A DNA stretch of 64,000 nt, taken from an uncultured virus (IMG/VR IMGVR_UViG_3300034110_001238) (lineage: Duplodnaviria; Heunggongvirae; Uroviricota; Caudoviricetes). The stretch lies in the IMG/VR virus record IMGVR_UViG_3300034110_001238. One strand, written 5' to 3'. Position 1 is the first letter of the stretch. Every line of letters begins with the position of its first letter. The translations under genes and the position numbers were made by a program. Shown piece by piece: positions 18,124 through 28,450 of the stretch. The notes below the pieces were generated by a model. The model did not search any database and was not told the DNA's origin. It worked only from the letters and a program-made list of their open reading frames with translations.

Positions 18124-18286
18124 AAAAAACTCCTTAACGATATCTATTCGATTAAAAACAGATGAGTGAAATGATAGCAGATTGAAACACTATTTTCAAT
18201 GCCGTAAGGTATTATTTTTCAATTATTGTCAATTATTTTAATAGATAATATTTTAAAGTATTTTAATAATAAATAAAAAAAAAATG

Positions 18287-18315
18287 TTGACTTCTTAAAA
18301 AATAGAGCGTAGAAT
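18287..18315 (+). promoter_or_regulatory. Sigma70 promoter of the Pth2/HD operon
   Basis: TTGACT-17 nt-TAGAAT. Confidence 0.75.
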
Positions 18316-18348
18316 TATAACTGTAAATCAAACAAAGGAGATTACATC

Positions 18349-18810
18349 ATGTTGTAGATTGATAATAACGAATTCGACTTCATCACCAAAGAGGCTATCC
18401 TTAGCCAATACACTCAATTTGTTCCTTCGGACAAAGACTCACATTACTACATCTATTCAATTATTCGCGGCGATTTAAACATGCCAACGGGTAAGCTTGC
18501 TGCTCAAGCTGGTCACGCTTATACGGATGCATTGACAAACGCACAAGAATCGCACCCAGAAAACGTTAAACTTTACAGAAATCGTCAATCGGGCGGATCT
18601 AAGGTTACGTTAAAAGCTAAAAACGAAGATCACTTAATTAAAGCATACAACCAAGCTATTGCTGCGGGATTGCCATGTTCAATTGTTGTCGATCAAGATC
18701 ACATCTTGCCACCACACTTTGATGGTTCACCTATCATTACCGCACTCGGTATTGGTCCTTGCACTAAAGAAGAAGTGAAACAAATCACCAAGAAATTTCA
18801 GTGTGTGTAA
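18349..18810 (+). CDS. pth2: Peptidyl-tRNA hydrolase, Pth2 family, with an in-frame TAG at codon 3
   Basis: YSIIRGDLNMPTGKLAAQAGHA, KVTLK and TALGIGP; AAGGAG SD 8 nt before ATG TTG TAG, in frame with 18481. Confidence 0.85.
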
Positions 18811-18819
18811 GGGGGATTT

Positions 18820-19587
18820 ATGAATAAAGAATTAATATTAACCCTAATTAATGAACACACAATCAAACTGAGTGATTCATCTATTCAACGATTAATCGAG
18901 TTGTCTGAAATTAAAGCCAACTGGGATGGTCGTGATGCTGAACCTATGAATGAAAATTCTTGCAGAGAGATGTTGTATTTTCTTAATAAAATAAGTGACA
19001 GTATCCCTAACGATATCGGGTTCTTCTTCAACCATGAAGGGATGATGAGTATCAACTGGATGTTGAACAATCAGTTAGTAGACGTTTCTTTTGAACCAGA
19101 AGCAACTTATCTATACATGACAGGTTATGATGATGGTATTGCACTCCCTCGATCAGTGTTTAAACATTTCAAATACACCGATCCAGAAAGCTGTTTTGTC
19201 AAGTACAAAACAAAATTAGAAATGGTTTCTGGATTATTATATAAGTTAGAACACGATACAGCGAAAAATTTAGTTGAAAGGATTGCTTATGACTATGGTT
19301 GGGGCGAACATGGAGATGAATTAGAAATTAATACAGATGCCTTACATTCCTTTGTTCATTTTATAGACAACTTAGAGGTATTGCCAGAAAAAATCCTTAT
19401 TTTTCTCACTCATGAAGGGTATTTAGAAGTCGTGCTGATGGATTATGATCCACGTCACGAAATAGAATTTACACCAGAAGGGTTGCTGTTTTTCTTAGCC
19501 CCTGAATATGACATGACTGAAGTCAGTAAAAATAATTTCAACCAATATAAAGATATTAATGATTTTCTAAAAGGAGAAATAAAATGA
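18820..19587 (+). CDS. Hypothetical protein with an internal duplication
   Basis: NWDGRDAEPMN...FFNHEG and GWGEHGDELEIN...FLTHEG. Confidence 0.7.
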   Translation: MNKELILTLINEHTIKLSDSSIQRLIELSEIKANWDGRDAEPMNENSCREMLYFLNKISDSIPNDIGFFFNHEGMMSINWMLNNQLVDVSFEPEATYLYMTGYDDGIALPRSVFKHFKYTDPESCFVKYKTKLEMVSGLLYKLEHDTAKNLVERIAYDYGWGEHGDELEINTDALHSFVHFIDNLEVLPEKILIFLTHEGYLEVVLMDYDPRHEIEFTPEGLLFFLAPEYDMTEVSKNNFNQYKDINDFLKGEIK

Positions 19588-19946
19588 GTAGATTAGCAAT
19601 GATAAACACCATGAAAACATTTTTAAAAACAGAACGTCCCTATCGCGATGATAAAGGACATAAAGTCAAAGTCTTGTTCTTAAAAGACTATATGCTGTAT
19701 GCTTTACTAAGAGAAACAAAAGATTTTACGAAATGTGCAACGGACAAATCGGAAGCTATTTCTATTGCTCTCGACTGGTTAAGTGCTGTCGAAAAATCCA
19801 GAAAACAACTAGAACTTAATAACTTAGAATCTTGGGATTTAAAAGCATTAAAATATAAAATAGGCGTTGACTTTACAGTAGATGATTTGGTACAATTAGA
19901 GCATGCAATAAAGAACCAAATAGAAACATTTAATGCTTCAAAATAA
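19584..19946 (+). CDS. Hypothetical protein
   Basis: AGGAG SD; overlaps the previous stop. Confidence 0.65.
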   Translation: MSRLAMINTMKTFLKTERPYRDDKGHKVKVLFLKDYMLYALLRETKDFTKCATDKSEAISIALDWLSAVEKSRKQLELNNLESWDLKALKYKIGVDFTVDDLVQLEHAIKNQIETFNASK

Positions 19947-19976
19947 CACAATTCATTACTTATTAGGAGAACGACC

Positions 19977-20576
19977 ATGACTATGTAGATTGATAACATT
20001 GAAAACCTTAGCTTCAAAGATCTTGTTAAAGAGATGAAAGCCTGTGAACAAACACAAGGCATGAACGTTCTTCAACATGGATTATCAGTCAATAAATACT
20101 TTCAAGATTTGAAAGATCACATTATTGATGGCAAACCATTAACGCTCGAATGGAGACTTCCTGAGTGGATTTATAACAAATCTATTTGGAATAACTTAGT
20201 AGACGAAAAAGACATAAAAACTTATCAGATTTATCACGACTGTGGTAAACCCTTCTGTTTGACTGTTGATGAAAATGGTAACCGTCACTTCCCTGACCAT
20301 GCACAAGCATCTGGTCTAATCTGGCGTAAAATCGGTGGCACTGAACTTCAAGCTCAATTGATGGAGCATGATATGGACATTCATTTGCTTAAAATGGATG
20401 ATTTTGAAACGTTCTATGCACTACCATTCGCTGCAACCCTTTTGATTACTGGCTTCTGTGAGATTCATAGTAATGCTTCCATGTTTGGTGGTATTGAATC
20501 CACGAGCTTTAAAATCAAATGGAAAAAAATTAACAAAATCGGCAAAAAATTTAATGATAAACTATTAGGAGAATAA
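19977..20576 (+). CDS. HD-domain phosphohydrolase with an in-frame TAG at codon 4
   Basis: QHG, YHDCGKP, HFPDHA and HDMDIH; AGGAGA SD before ATG ACT ATG TAG, in frame with 20034. Confidence 0.8.
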
Positions 20577-20578
20577 TC

Positions 20579-21013
20579 ATGAACGCTATTGAACAAAACA
20601 AAACTAACGAAGTCACTGAAACTGAAATGAACAAAAGAGATTTAATTAAAAAAGCAGTGGTCACCTTTCGAGAAGGTTACCAAGAGAATAAACACAACTG
20701 CAGTTTAGAAATATTTATGTTGTATGCGATTATTAAAGGTAAACATGTCGATGTCACCATTAGAGATAATCGTTACAAAGTTGGGGTTAATCCTTTTGAT
20801 TACCATCCAGTCTTTAAATACAACATTGAAAAGATTGCTAATATCAATGCAGGTATTTTAATTGAATATGGTCAGGGTGCAGTAAGAATCATCTCAAAAA
20901 GCAATTACGTGGTAAATTCGGTCAATGAAAAAGTTAAATACTTCTTTGGTTTATCACCAACTGAATTTGAGTTCTTACTTAACCAGTATGTAGATGAAAG
21001 AAAAGCCTCTTAA
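20579..21013 (+). CDS. Hypothetical protein
   Basis: AGGAG SD; last gene of the operon. Confidence 0.65.
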   Translation: MNAIEQNKTNEVTETEMNKRDLIKKAVVTFREGYQENKHNCSLEIFMLYAIIKGKHVDVTIRDNRYKVGVNPFDYHPVFKYNIEKIANINAGILIEYGQGAVRIISKSNYVVNSVNEKVKYFFGLSPTEFEFLLNQYVDERKAS

Positions 21014-21741
21014 TGAGGCTTTCTTTTTGAGATGTGTGGTAATTCATAATTGATAACCGATACAACAGTGTTGGGCAAAAATTCGAAAGCATTTTCATCA
21101 TGGGCATAATGTAAATCAATAAGATTAGTTTGCGTATATTCTTTAAACTCAGCCGCATTATTGAAAACAATGCCATTGATAGGTTTCTTTTCCATAATGA
21201 TTTGATTGACAACTTTCTCATAATCATGTGGATAAGATGCTGTTGGGTTTTGAATCGGAATTAACTGACCCACTCTAAAACTGGTGAAGTTAGGATAACC
21301 ATATTCAAATGGAATGCCATAGGGAGCAGCTTGTCTCATCTCTTCGGTAGAATAAGAATGAGTGTTACCATTGATAAAGAATAATGAATGTCCAGACTGT
21401 CCTTGCCATTCGCCATTTTTAGGAATGTTATTGGTATCTAACTCAACAATGTTTTGACTGATGTAGTCAACAATAAATTTAATATTTTTTCCTTTCTTGT
21501 CATTCTTAGTGGCACTCATTGAAAACTTATTGATCACATATCCTCTCACTTCTGAGTTTCGATTGACATAATCCACCAATCGAATTAAAGTGTCAGGCTT
21601 TTCATAATCAAATTTTTTCATCAAATATACTATTTCCTGATCCAGTTCTTCCTGAGAAGTGATCCTTTGATGTCTGTTATCTTGAGCAAATGAGGTGGTT
21701 GAAATTAAAAATAAACTTGTAATTAATATGCGTTTTAACAT
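21010..21741 (-). CDS. Secreted hypothetical protein
   Basis: Signal peptide MLKRILITSLFLISTTSFA. Confidence 0.65.
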   Translation of the reverse strand: MLKRILITSLFLISTTSFAQDNRHQRITSQEELDQEIVYLMKKFDYEKPDTLIRLVDYVNRNSEVRGYVINKFSMSATKNDKKGKNIKFIVDYISQNIVELDTNNIPKNGEWQGQSGHSLFFINGNTHSYSTEEMRQAAPYGIPFEYGYPNFTSFRVGQLIPIQNPTASYPHDYEKVVNQIIMEKKPINGIVFNNAAEFKEYTQTNLIDLHYAHDENAFEFLPNTVVSVINYELPHISKRKPH

Positions 21742-21892
21742 TATTTTTCTATATGAGTTTATATAAAATTGTATACTAAAATACTTAAAAGTCAAAAAGT
21801 AAACAACTATTTGATTATTATTTTTTTGTGATATTATAAAATTGTAAACAGATGGATCGCCAAATGATGATATTGATAAAAGGTGGTAATAT

Positions 21893-22552
21893 ATGATTTT
21901 TAAAACCTTGGCTGAAAGTGAAGAACATTCTAACCTATTAGTCGTTGCTCAAAACATGACAATGGACACATCAAATAAATTTCCAGAAAAATTTTTGTTT
22001 TACATGTTCTCTAAATATTATCCATTTAACTTAACACTCGAATTTAGAAACAAAAAGACAATTCCTATAAGAACTAGAATTAATGGGAAACTCAACGAAG
22101 TAGCCTTACTTGAATACATGACTAATGGTCAATCAGTCATCATAGCGGATGAACTTCTTTTTGAACCGGGTGAAATAAAAACAATCAGTGACATACTGCT
22201 CACTAAAAATGGATTTGAAACCTATAACAATTACAATAATAACAAAAAATTAACCATACCCTATTTTGGTGAATTAGAATACAAATCGTATGCTTGCAGG
22301 GCTGAACCACATGGTGGTGATATCGAACTACGCTTCAACCGATACACTAAGACCACTGAATGGCATCTTATTACACATATTATATTAGACCACATTGATA
22401 GATCCAAAGCACAATTATCGCAGGAAAATATAAACTCACTAAAAATACTTGTCTCTGATTTATTATCAATTGATTTAAAGAGTGAAAGTAATGAATCATT
22501 TTTAAGAAATATAAATAGTTATAATAAACTTATAGAAATGATCAATATATAA
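21893..22552 (+). CDS. Hypothetical protein, MxxI tail
   Basis: Ends EMINI. Confidence 0.7.
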   Translation: MIFKTLAESEEHSNLLVVAQNMTMDTSNKFPEKFLFYMFSKYYPFNLTLEFRNKKTIPIRTRINGKLNEVALLEYMTNGQSVIIADELLFEPGEIKTISDILLTKNGFETYNNYNNNKKLTIPYFGELEYKSYACRAEPHGGDIELRFNRYTKTTEWHLITHIILDHIDRSKAQLSQENINSLKILVSDLLSIDLKSESNESFLRNINSYNKLIEMINI

Positions 22553-22646
22553 TATAATTTAAAGAAAAAATGATTCTTTAAAACCTGTAAAATTGACATT
22601 TTTCGTAAATCTTCTAGTATAATAGTAATAAACTTGGAGTTATAAA

Positions 22647-23156
22647 ATGATAAACAATACTGGTGTACTCACTATCAATACAAACCTCGAAGTTAAATTA
22701 TTGGTGTTATCAGTTTATGATAATATTACTGAAGAAATAAAAAGAATGGATACGATTGCTTATTCACATACAGAAGATCCTATTGATGTAGAGCTTTTGA
22801 TTAAATTAAGAAATGTGTTTTTTGTGATCGGTGTGAGAGATAAGTTTAAGGAATTGAACTCTGAAATTTATGGTTATCATGAAAGTGATGTCTTACCTAT
22901 ATATCGAAACATTGCAGTGTATCAAGAGCAAACAGAGCATTCATCTGTGCCTGATGGTAAACATTCTTTACACCCAAAAGAGAATTTTGTAAAAATTCAA
23001 GAATACACTTGTCATTTAGCTCTTCATAAAATCTATGAGAAATCAAAAGATGAGCACGTTAGAAAAGAAGTCCAGAAAGATATCTACCATAACGTGTTAA
23101 ACAGTGCTCGTGATTATCTATGGTATATCATGGAAGAATATTTTAATGAAGAGTAA
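22647..23156 (+). CDS. Hypothetical protein
   Basis: TTGACA promoter and GGAG SD. Confidence 0.65.
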   Translation: MINNTGVLTINTNLEVKLLVLSVYDNITEEIKRMDTIAYSHTEDPIDVELLIKLRNVFFVIGVRDKFKELNSEIYGYHESDVLPIYRNIAVYQEQTEHSSVPDGKHSLHPKENFVKIQEYTCHLALHKIYEKSKDEHVRKEVQKDIYHNVLNSARDYLWYIMEEYFNEE

Positions 23157-23267
23157 TTTTTAAGTTTGTTATAGCCTATTACCGAATAAGAAAAAAGATA
23201 ACATTTTTTTATTGAATTGTTTTTTGCTTTGTGTTAAGCTAAAGATACTTTTTTAGGGGCTTTAAGA

Positions 23268-24137
23268 ATGTTAGAACTGCATATCGAAAATTACAAAGAG
23301 TTTCTTGAACAAAAACAGGAAACTATCAGTAATGAACAATACAAAATAGTTGAATACGAACAATTATTATTGGTAAAAAAGTCCGAACACGTTAAACGTT
23401 CTTTCATGAAAAAGTTTTTTGATAAAAATGAACACAACAGTGTGAATGAGATTGTGGAATCTATTCAATTATCGACTCATACGATTAATGAAATCAAAAA
23501 AGAAATAGAAGAACGTAAAATTCATATTATTGAATATGCTAAAAACAGTATTATTTCTGGAAGTGATGAAAGTTCATTGAAAAATAAAAGATTAATTTCT
23601 GAAAAAGAAATGTATTTTGAAATTAATAGAGTCACCAAAGAAATTGAAGACATTTGTATAATCTCTATCAATGCACTTGAACATGGTGTTAAATTACTCA
23701 ATGAGTTAAATATTAGATACCATAACGGAATTAATGAACAAAACTATCAAATATTGATGGTCGATATCAACAAGCACTTTGGTGAAGCCATTGCGGCTGT
23801 TTCAAGATTTAAAAAGTCAATAAAGTATAGCAAAGAACAAATCTTGACCTATGATTCAACAGTAGATGTTGCTTATTACGAGCCTCTAATGAATATTATT
23901 AGTGATGATAAATCAGAAGAAATTGTGCTCCAAGACAACATGACAGCTTCTAATAAAAATATACCTACAATTAACAATACGTTATCAGTTATTCACGCTA
24001 GTTATAAACTGGTTAAAAACTTAAATGATAAACATACTAAGCGATATAAGGAAAAAGAAGCTGAGCTAAGTAACTATGCGATGGATATAGAACTATTGGC
24101 TAAGAAGAAATTAAAAGACAGTGGCATAAAACTATAA
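23268..24137 (+). CDS. Coiled-coil hypothetical protein
   Basis: 289 aa, helical composition. Confidence 0.6.
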   Translation: MLELHIENYKEFLEQKQETISNEQYKIVEYEQLLLVKKSEHVKRSFMKKFFDKNEHNSVNEIVESIQLSTHTINEIKKEIEERKIHIIEYAKNSIISGSDESSLKNKRLISEKEMYFEINRVTKEIEDICIISINALEHGVKLLNELNIRYHNGINEQNYQILMVDINKHFGEAIAAVSRFKKSIKYSKEQILTYDSTVDVAYYEPLMNIISDDKSEEIVLQDNMTASNKNIPTINNTLSVIHASYKLVKNLNDKHTKRYKEKEAELSNYAMDIELLAKKKLKDSGIKL

Positions 24138-24144
24138 GGAGCTA

Positions 24145-24954
24145 TCAAGCTCCTTTTTTATTTTTAAACTTCTCAACCAGTTCATTAGCTTGTTCAATCA
24201 AGGTAGGTAACAATTCAGTCAACCCATTAACGGCTGTTTCTTTAACATGCTTAAATTTGTGTCGATACATTGTTTCTACATCACTAGGATCAACCAAATA
24301 GAATTCTCTCATGCCATTACCTTCGGCAACCAACGAAGCGGCTGGATTAACTTGTAAACTACTTCCAACCACTATAAGCAAATCAGATTCTCTAATATGG
24401 CGTCTTGCTTCATAAAAAATATCTTCATCTAATTTTTCATTAAATAAGATAACATGAGGTCTTAATTGTGAATTAGTAGCAGGACATCTATCACCCACAT
24501 TGATATCATCAGTCTGATCATAAAATATTTTGGTGTTAGCAACAGGGCGGGATTTCATAATTTCACCATGAAGGTGCAAAACTTTTGAACTTCCTGCTTT
24601 TTCATGCAAATTATCCACGTTCTGAGTAATAATAATTACTTCAAAATGTTCTTCAAGTTGTTTAAGAATTAGATGAGCTTGATTAGGTTCAGCAGCAAGC
24701 ACTTCACGGCGTCTCATGTTATAAAAATTATTGACTTTCGGAAAATCTTTTCGAATGGCACTGGCGGTTGCAATTTCTTCAATAGAATGATTATTCCACA
24801 AACCATCACTGTCCCTGAATGTTTCAAGGCCACTGTCACGAGAAATACCAGCACCCGTAAAAATGGTTATTTTTGGTTTATAGTCTGCAATGCTTGCATT
24901 ATCTGCTAGATTTTTCTCATATTTTTTCTTGATGCTTAATATTTTTGTGATCAT
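24145..24954 (-). CDS. cobB: Sir2-family NAD-dependent deacylase
   Basis: TGAGIS, TQNVDNLHEKAG, HGE and GSSLQV. Confidence 0.9.
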   Translation of the reverse strand: MITKILSIKKKYEKNLADNASIADYKPKITIFTGAGISRDSGLETFRDSDGLWNNHSIEEIATASAIRKDFPKVNNFYNMRRREVLAAEPNQAHLILKQLEEHFEVIIITQNVDNLHEKAGSSKVLHLHGEIMKSRPVANTKIFYDQTDDINVGDRCPATNSQLRPHVILFNEKLDEDIFYEARRHIRESDLLIVVGSSLQVNPAASLVAEGNGMREFYLVDPSDVETMYRHKFKHVKETAVNGLTELLPTLIEQANELVEKFKNKKGA

Positions 24955-25071
24955 TAGATGCCCTTTTTTATATTTTTGTATTATACAGCTTTACGTCAAT
25001 TAAGTCAATTAAGCCAAATTGACAGCACATATAAATCGTTATATACTTCTTTAACTATTCGAGGAAATAAC

Positions 25072-25362
25072 ATGACTTATTTTATGAAAATACAATATGC
25101 GGCAACGGGGGAAGGTGCTAGAAATTATTACGTGTTAGCCAATGCCAGCAGCAAAGAAGATCTTTATGACAAATGTATTGAAGATGGAATTGATAGCTAT
25201 TTTATGCAGTGTGCTGAATTTATTCATGTTGATGACTTAACAGAAAATGATTTAAAATTCATTTTAGCGAACGTGCCTAGAATGCATACGGTTATTCAAA
25301 ATAAGATTTACAAAAAAGGAGTTGTTTGGATAAGGTATGATGACTATTTTAATTTCTCTTAA
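25072..25362 (+). CDS. Hypothetical protein
   Basis: GAGGA SD; YAATGEG. Confidence 0.6.
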   Translation: MTYFMKIQYAATGEGARNYYVLANASSKEDLYDKCIEDGIDSYFMQCAEFIHVDDLTENDLKFILANVPRMHTVIQNKIYKKGVVWIRYDDYFNFS

Positions 25363-25446
25363 AATATTTTTAAAATAATAGACTACGCTAATTGATATAA
25401 TTACAGTTTGTTGTATAATAATTCAAAACAATGAACGAGTACAAAA

Positions 25447-26049
25447 ATGAAAATAGTTAAAGGATTTTTAAATCCCTTACTGCTTGCTTTTGCCTTTCTA
25501 ACAGTAGCAGGTTGCTCCACACCCAGTAAAACAACATCATTTGACTTTACAAAGCTATCTTGTGGTGTTGGTTTTGTTAAAAATTTCAAATATGATGAAG
25601 TAGAAATCTTAAAATTTAAAAGCCACAAAAATAAATCTGTTCTCTTAACAGGTAAAATTGATGGTGTTCAAGAATGTAAAACCTATCCATGTACAACATG
25701 TAAACTATTTATGTGTAAAGATCCTCAGTTTACAGAAATTAAATATTACAATGAAGCTGAAAACAAGATTTTCAGCATGGCCGGTAAAAAAACAAATGAT
25801 AAAAATACTAACTATGTAGACAAGTGGATACATAAAGATGCAATTAAAGACAGTAATGCTGATTATGTATTTAATATAACTCATAGAGACGGTTATGAAT
25901 ATGAACAAGTCTTTAATATTAATAATGGATACTTAGTATATGAAATAGCTACACCGATTAAAGTGGATAAAGAAATCTACATTAGTCCTTGTGATGTAAA
26001 AGCCCTCGATACTTACAGTGGTTTTTATACATCCTATCAAATACAATAA
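25447..26049 (+). CDS. Lipoprotein
   Basis: Lipobox VAGC. Confidence 0.65.
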   Translation: MKIVKGFLNPLLLAFAFLTVAGCSTPSKTTSFDFTKLSCGVGFVKNFKYDEVEILKFKSHKNKSVLLTGKIDGVQECKTYPCTTCKLFMCKDPQFTEIKYYNEAENKIFSMAGKKTNDKNTNYVDKWIHKDAIKDSNADYVFNITHRDGYEYEQVFNINNGYLVYEIATPIKVDKEIYISPCDVKALDTYSGFYTSYQIQ

Positions 26050-26126
26050 GAACCTGATGGTTCTTTTTTGTTTCATTGACAAAAATATATATAAATAGTA
26101 TTATTTGATTTTTACAGGAGTTTAAC

Positions 26127-26756
26127 ATGACATCAAGAGAAAAAAATGTTGTAACTGGAATGATATTATTTGTAATAGTATTAGCTATAATTACAATAGG
26201 TTATGGTATATACAGAGTTAATGAATTACAATCAGTGGTTACAAAAAATGAGCCTATCGGTGGTATATATGGTGTTAATTTAGGTGATAATATTGAGACA
26301 TTATCAAAAAATACAGAATTGAAAGCACTTGATTCATATCTTGATAGAGATTTTGAGTATAATTTTTTTAATGCAAGTGTTGCTAGTGATAACGTTGATG
26401 CTAATGCATGGAAAACTAATAAAATAACTGTGTATGCTACCAAAAAAAGTGGAACTATTTACAAAATAATCTATAAAAATTATGTTACAGATGCTTGTGA
26501 TGTAGCAGGTATTACAATGGATTCATTAAGAAACAAATATGGATTAGGGCAGTACACCTTTTTAGACGCTGCTTTTCATGCAAAAAAAATAATTAAAGAT
26601 AATCGTTCAATTTACATTAACTGCGGAACTAGTTTTGGTGATTCAAACGAGAAAGTAACAATTACTTATAAAGACAGTAAAATAGAAGAATTAATTGTTG
26701 AAGAATACAAACAGTATATTATTGAAAACACCAACAATAATTTGAAGTTGAATTAA
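26127..26756 (+). CDS. Membrane-anchored protein, paralog of 26807..27418
   Basis: TM helix; IGGIYGVNLGD. Confidence 0.7.
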   Translation: MTSREKNVVTGMILFVIVLAIITIGYGIYRVNELQSVVTKNEPIGGIYGVNLGDNIETLSKNTELKALDSYLDRDFEYNFFNASVASDNVDANAWKTNKITVYATKKSGTIYKIIYKNYVTDACDVAGITMDSLRNKYGLGQYTFLDAAFHAKKIIKDNRSIYINCGTSFGDSNEKVTITYKDSKIEELIVEEYKQYIIENTNNNLKLN

Positions 26757-26806
26757 CTATATATTTTACTAAAATAGTAACATTCTTATTTTACAGGAGT
26801 TTAAAA

Positions 26807-27418
26807 GTGGATAAAACAAAAAAACAAAAAATAACCCTATTATCAATTGGCCTTATTGTATTGATGACTTACCTATTAATGTTAACCATTGCAGCTATTG
26901 GTAAATTAAACGAAAGCAAAACTATTCAATCAAAAAATTTAAACATTGGTGGTATTTTTGGTGTTAATCTTGGAGATTCGATTGAAAGTCTTAAAAGGAA
27001 TAATGAATTTTCTGAGATCAATGAATATCCAGATCTTTATAAATCCAATTACATAGCAGCAAAATTAAAAAATAATGAATATCAAAGAATTCACTTCTAT
27101 GCCCTACCAGAAAGTAACAAAATATATAAAATGATCTATGATACTAATGATTCTAAGTGTGATAATCTGGCTGGCACTTTTAATAAGTTGAGATCTATTT
27201 ATGGTGTTGGAGATTATTCGTTTTTTGACGCCTTTGGTGGATCAAATATTATTAGCAAAGACAATAAATCAATAAAAGTTATCTGTTCTTCTAAATACTT
27301 CACGGGAAAAGAATCAGAAAATATAATTTACTTAGATGAAACGTTGCAGAGTCATCTTGAAGACGAATACTTGAATAAAAAAAATAAAGAACTAGACAAG
27401 ACAACATCGTTCAATTAA
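26807..27418 (+). CDS. Membrane-anchored protein, paralog of 26127..26756
   Basis: IGGIFGVNLGD; same TTTTACAGGAGTTTAA RBS region. Confidence 0.7.
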   Translation: MDKTKKQKITLLSIGLIVLMTYLLMLTIAAIGKLNESKTIQSKNLNIGGIFGVNLGDSIESLKRNNEFSEINEYPDLYKSNYIAAKLKNNEYQRIHFYALPESNKIYKMIYDTNDSKCDNLAGTFNKLRSIYGVGDYSFFDAFGGSNIISKDNKSIKVICSSKYFTGKESENIIYLDETLQSHLEDEYLNKKNKELDKTTSFN

Positions 27419-27501
27419 ATATATATGTGCAATATACTTGACAGTTTTTTGCCTAAATGGTAATATCGTTGGTAAATAGATATACAATTAGGAGCTTTAA
27501 A

Positions 27502-27651
27502 ATGAAACGCCAAGAAAAAGAAACAAACTATGTTTGTGACTTTATAAGTAAAATTTTTGAATCTTTCTTTCCTGCCGAACCATATAATATTATGGAATCA
27601 AAAGAAAATAAACGTAAAAAAGAACGTTATTACAAAATGGAACAACGATAA
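27502..27651 (+). CDS. Small hypothetical protein
   Basis: AGGAG SD; followed by a terminator. Confidence 0.45.
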   Translation: MKRQEKETNYVCDFISKIFESFFPAEPYNIMESKENKRKKERYYKMEQR

Positions 27652-27734
27652 GGCACTTAGGTGCTTTATTTTTTTTACAATTGATTATTTTTTTTAAAAC
27701 TGTAAACTTATAGAATTCTATAAGGAACTTATTA

Positions 27735-28112
27735 ATGATACCAAAAGAGAAAATATTAAGTGAACTGCAAACATACAGCAATGATGACGAATTGTTGTAT
27801 GACTATATCTTATCCAGAAAAAGAGATCTCAATATCCTTCCTGAATCTGAACGAGATAGCCATAATAAGATATCAGGTTGTATGAGCATTGTTCACATCA
27901 CTGTCACTAAAACTGATGAAGGCACTTTATTACAAGGTTTTTCAGATTCTGAAATTATTAGTGGCATATTAGGTATAATGTGTGCTATAATAAAGACAGA
28001 TAAAGACCCAAAATACAAAGAATATGAAGATATTTTGAGTGAGATTAAATTGGCATTGAGTCAAAATAGACGATTAGGGTTTTCAAGCATTATTAGTAAG
28101 ATATTCCATTAA
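27735..28112 (+). CDS. sufE: SufE-family sulfur acceptor
   Basis: ISGCMSIV, FSDSEIISG and LSQNRRLGF. Confidence 0.75.
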   Translation: MIPKEKILSELQTYSNDDELLYDYILSRKRDLNILPESERDSHNKISGCMSIVHITVTKTDEGTLLQGFSDSEIISGILGIMCAIIKTDKDPKYKEYEDILSEIKLALSQNRRLGFSSIISKIFH

Positions 28113-28208
28113 AAAGGTATTGAATTAAATATCTAAGTAGTGTAATATAATATAAAAGGTAGCGAATCATTTCGAAGCCTTTTAAATGGCTATAAATGAG
28201 GAAAATCT

Positions 28209-28379
28209 ATGAGTAAAATTGATGTGAAGGATATTGACCTTGACAGACTTGATGAACTTGCTTCCGATGATTACTTCCACTCTAAAGAAAGAGTTGCGAA
28301 AGGTCAAAGAGCAGTTGAAGAGTTGAAAGACAATGGAAAACACAAAAAACAAAGTCAAAGAAAAATTAAAACTCAATAA
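28209..28379 (+). CDS. Small charged protein (56 aa, not in the ORF track)
   Basis: GAGG SD; MSKIDVKDIDLDRLDEL...KIKTQ. Confidence 0.55.
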   Translation: MSKIDVKDIDLDRLDELASDDYFHSKERVAKGQRAVEELKDNGKHKKQSQRKIKTQ

Positions 28380-28450
28380 CCACGATTTAACAGAAAAACA
28401 ATGCACTCGAAAGAGAGCATTTTTTAATAAACAAATTGGAGATATACATC

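Noticed and set aside
18349..20576. Genome-wide TAG reassignment (code 15) or pyrrolysine
   Set aside because: ORFs are intact under code 11; TAG ends genes exactly at family-conserved C-termini (55686, 59368); no CTA-anticodon tRNA or pyl genes in the window
24145..24954. Sir2 anti-phage NADase (Thoeris/DSR type)
   Set aside because: Sequence fits a stand-alone CobB-type deacylase with no defence partner genes
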